A DNA stretch of 64,000 nt from Chiloscyllium plagiosum (taxonomy: Eukaryota), in assembly GCF_004010195.1 (NCBI RefSeq), contig NC_057752.1, positions 8,687,616 through 8,751,615 of the forward strand, read 5' to 3'. Positions within the stretch are counted from its first letter, which is position 1; every line of letters starts with the position of its first letter. The translations under genes and the position numbers were made by a program. Under the pieces are notes generated by a model. It had not been told where the DNA came from. It searched no databases and saw only the letters and a list, made by a program, of their open reading frames with translations. This document shows positions 63,629 to 64,000 of this stretch, one piece after another.

Positions 63629-64000
63629 TGGAAAAAAAAAGAGGGGAATTCAAATATCCAGTTTCCCTCAGTCTGGGACTGCTCCCTCCTATTGTGGACA
63701 CTTGTCCTACAAACAAGCAAACAGAAGAGTGAACATAAGTACAACGTATGCATGAACACTTCATGAAATTGCAAAGCTATGCCAGGACTTGAGTCCTCCC
63801 CAGTAAGTGAGTAACAAGCTACACTGTTCTGCAACCAGTCTAACAGTGACAGCACAAGGTGATTGTCAGACTTCTGTTTACATTTCATATGGTGCTGAAG
63901 TTTGCAGGCAGTCATCTCATCTGACAGTAGGATTGTCTGGGTACCTTTCAAATATAGTACTCACACCTCCAACACCAGAACGTCCCAGTGGAGGAGAAAA

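Overview
Repeat-saturated vertebrate intronic/intergenic DNA with two assembly gaps. It is inferred to be a shark (elasmobranch) from HE1-like V-SINEs, HER1/CR1 LINEs and a Deu-SINE. No host protein-coding exon could be identified with confidence; recognisable ORFs are transposon fragments. Contents: many CR1 LINE pieces, a decayed L1-clade LINE (20.65-24.6 kb), a two-LTR Ty3/Gypsy element (55.5-62.0 kb) with nested insertions, other LTR remnants, Tc1/pogo-type MITEs, tRNA-SINEs and possible Harbinger remnants. The main signal is at least three Penelope-like retroelement (PLE) families whose 3' repeats carry minimal hammerhead-ribozyme motifs with a palindromic 4-nt stem III (about 17 intact or decayed copies). 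Six PLE insertions share one TSD-flanked inverted architecture in which one arm lacks a fixed ~35-39 nt tail. Two of the six are ~200-bp non-coding palindromic mini-elements and one appears to have captured unrelated old genomic DNA between its arms. There is also an ~86-bp ribozyme-only insertion. Family assignments are from motif recognition only; no database searches were run.
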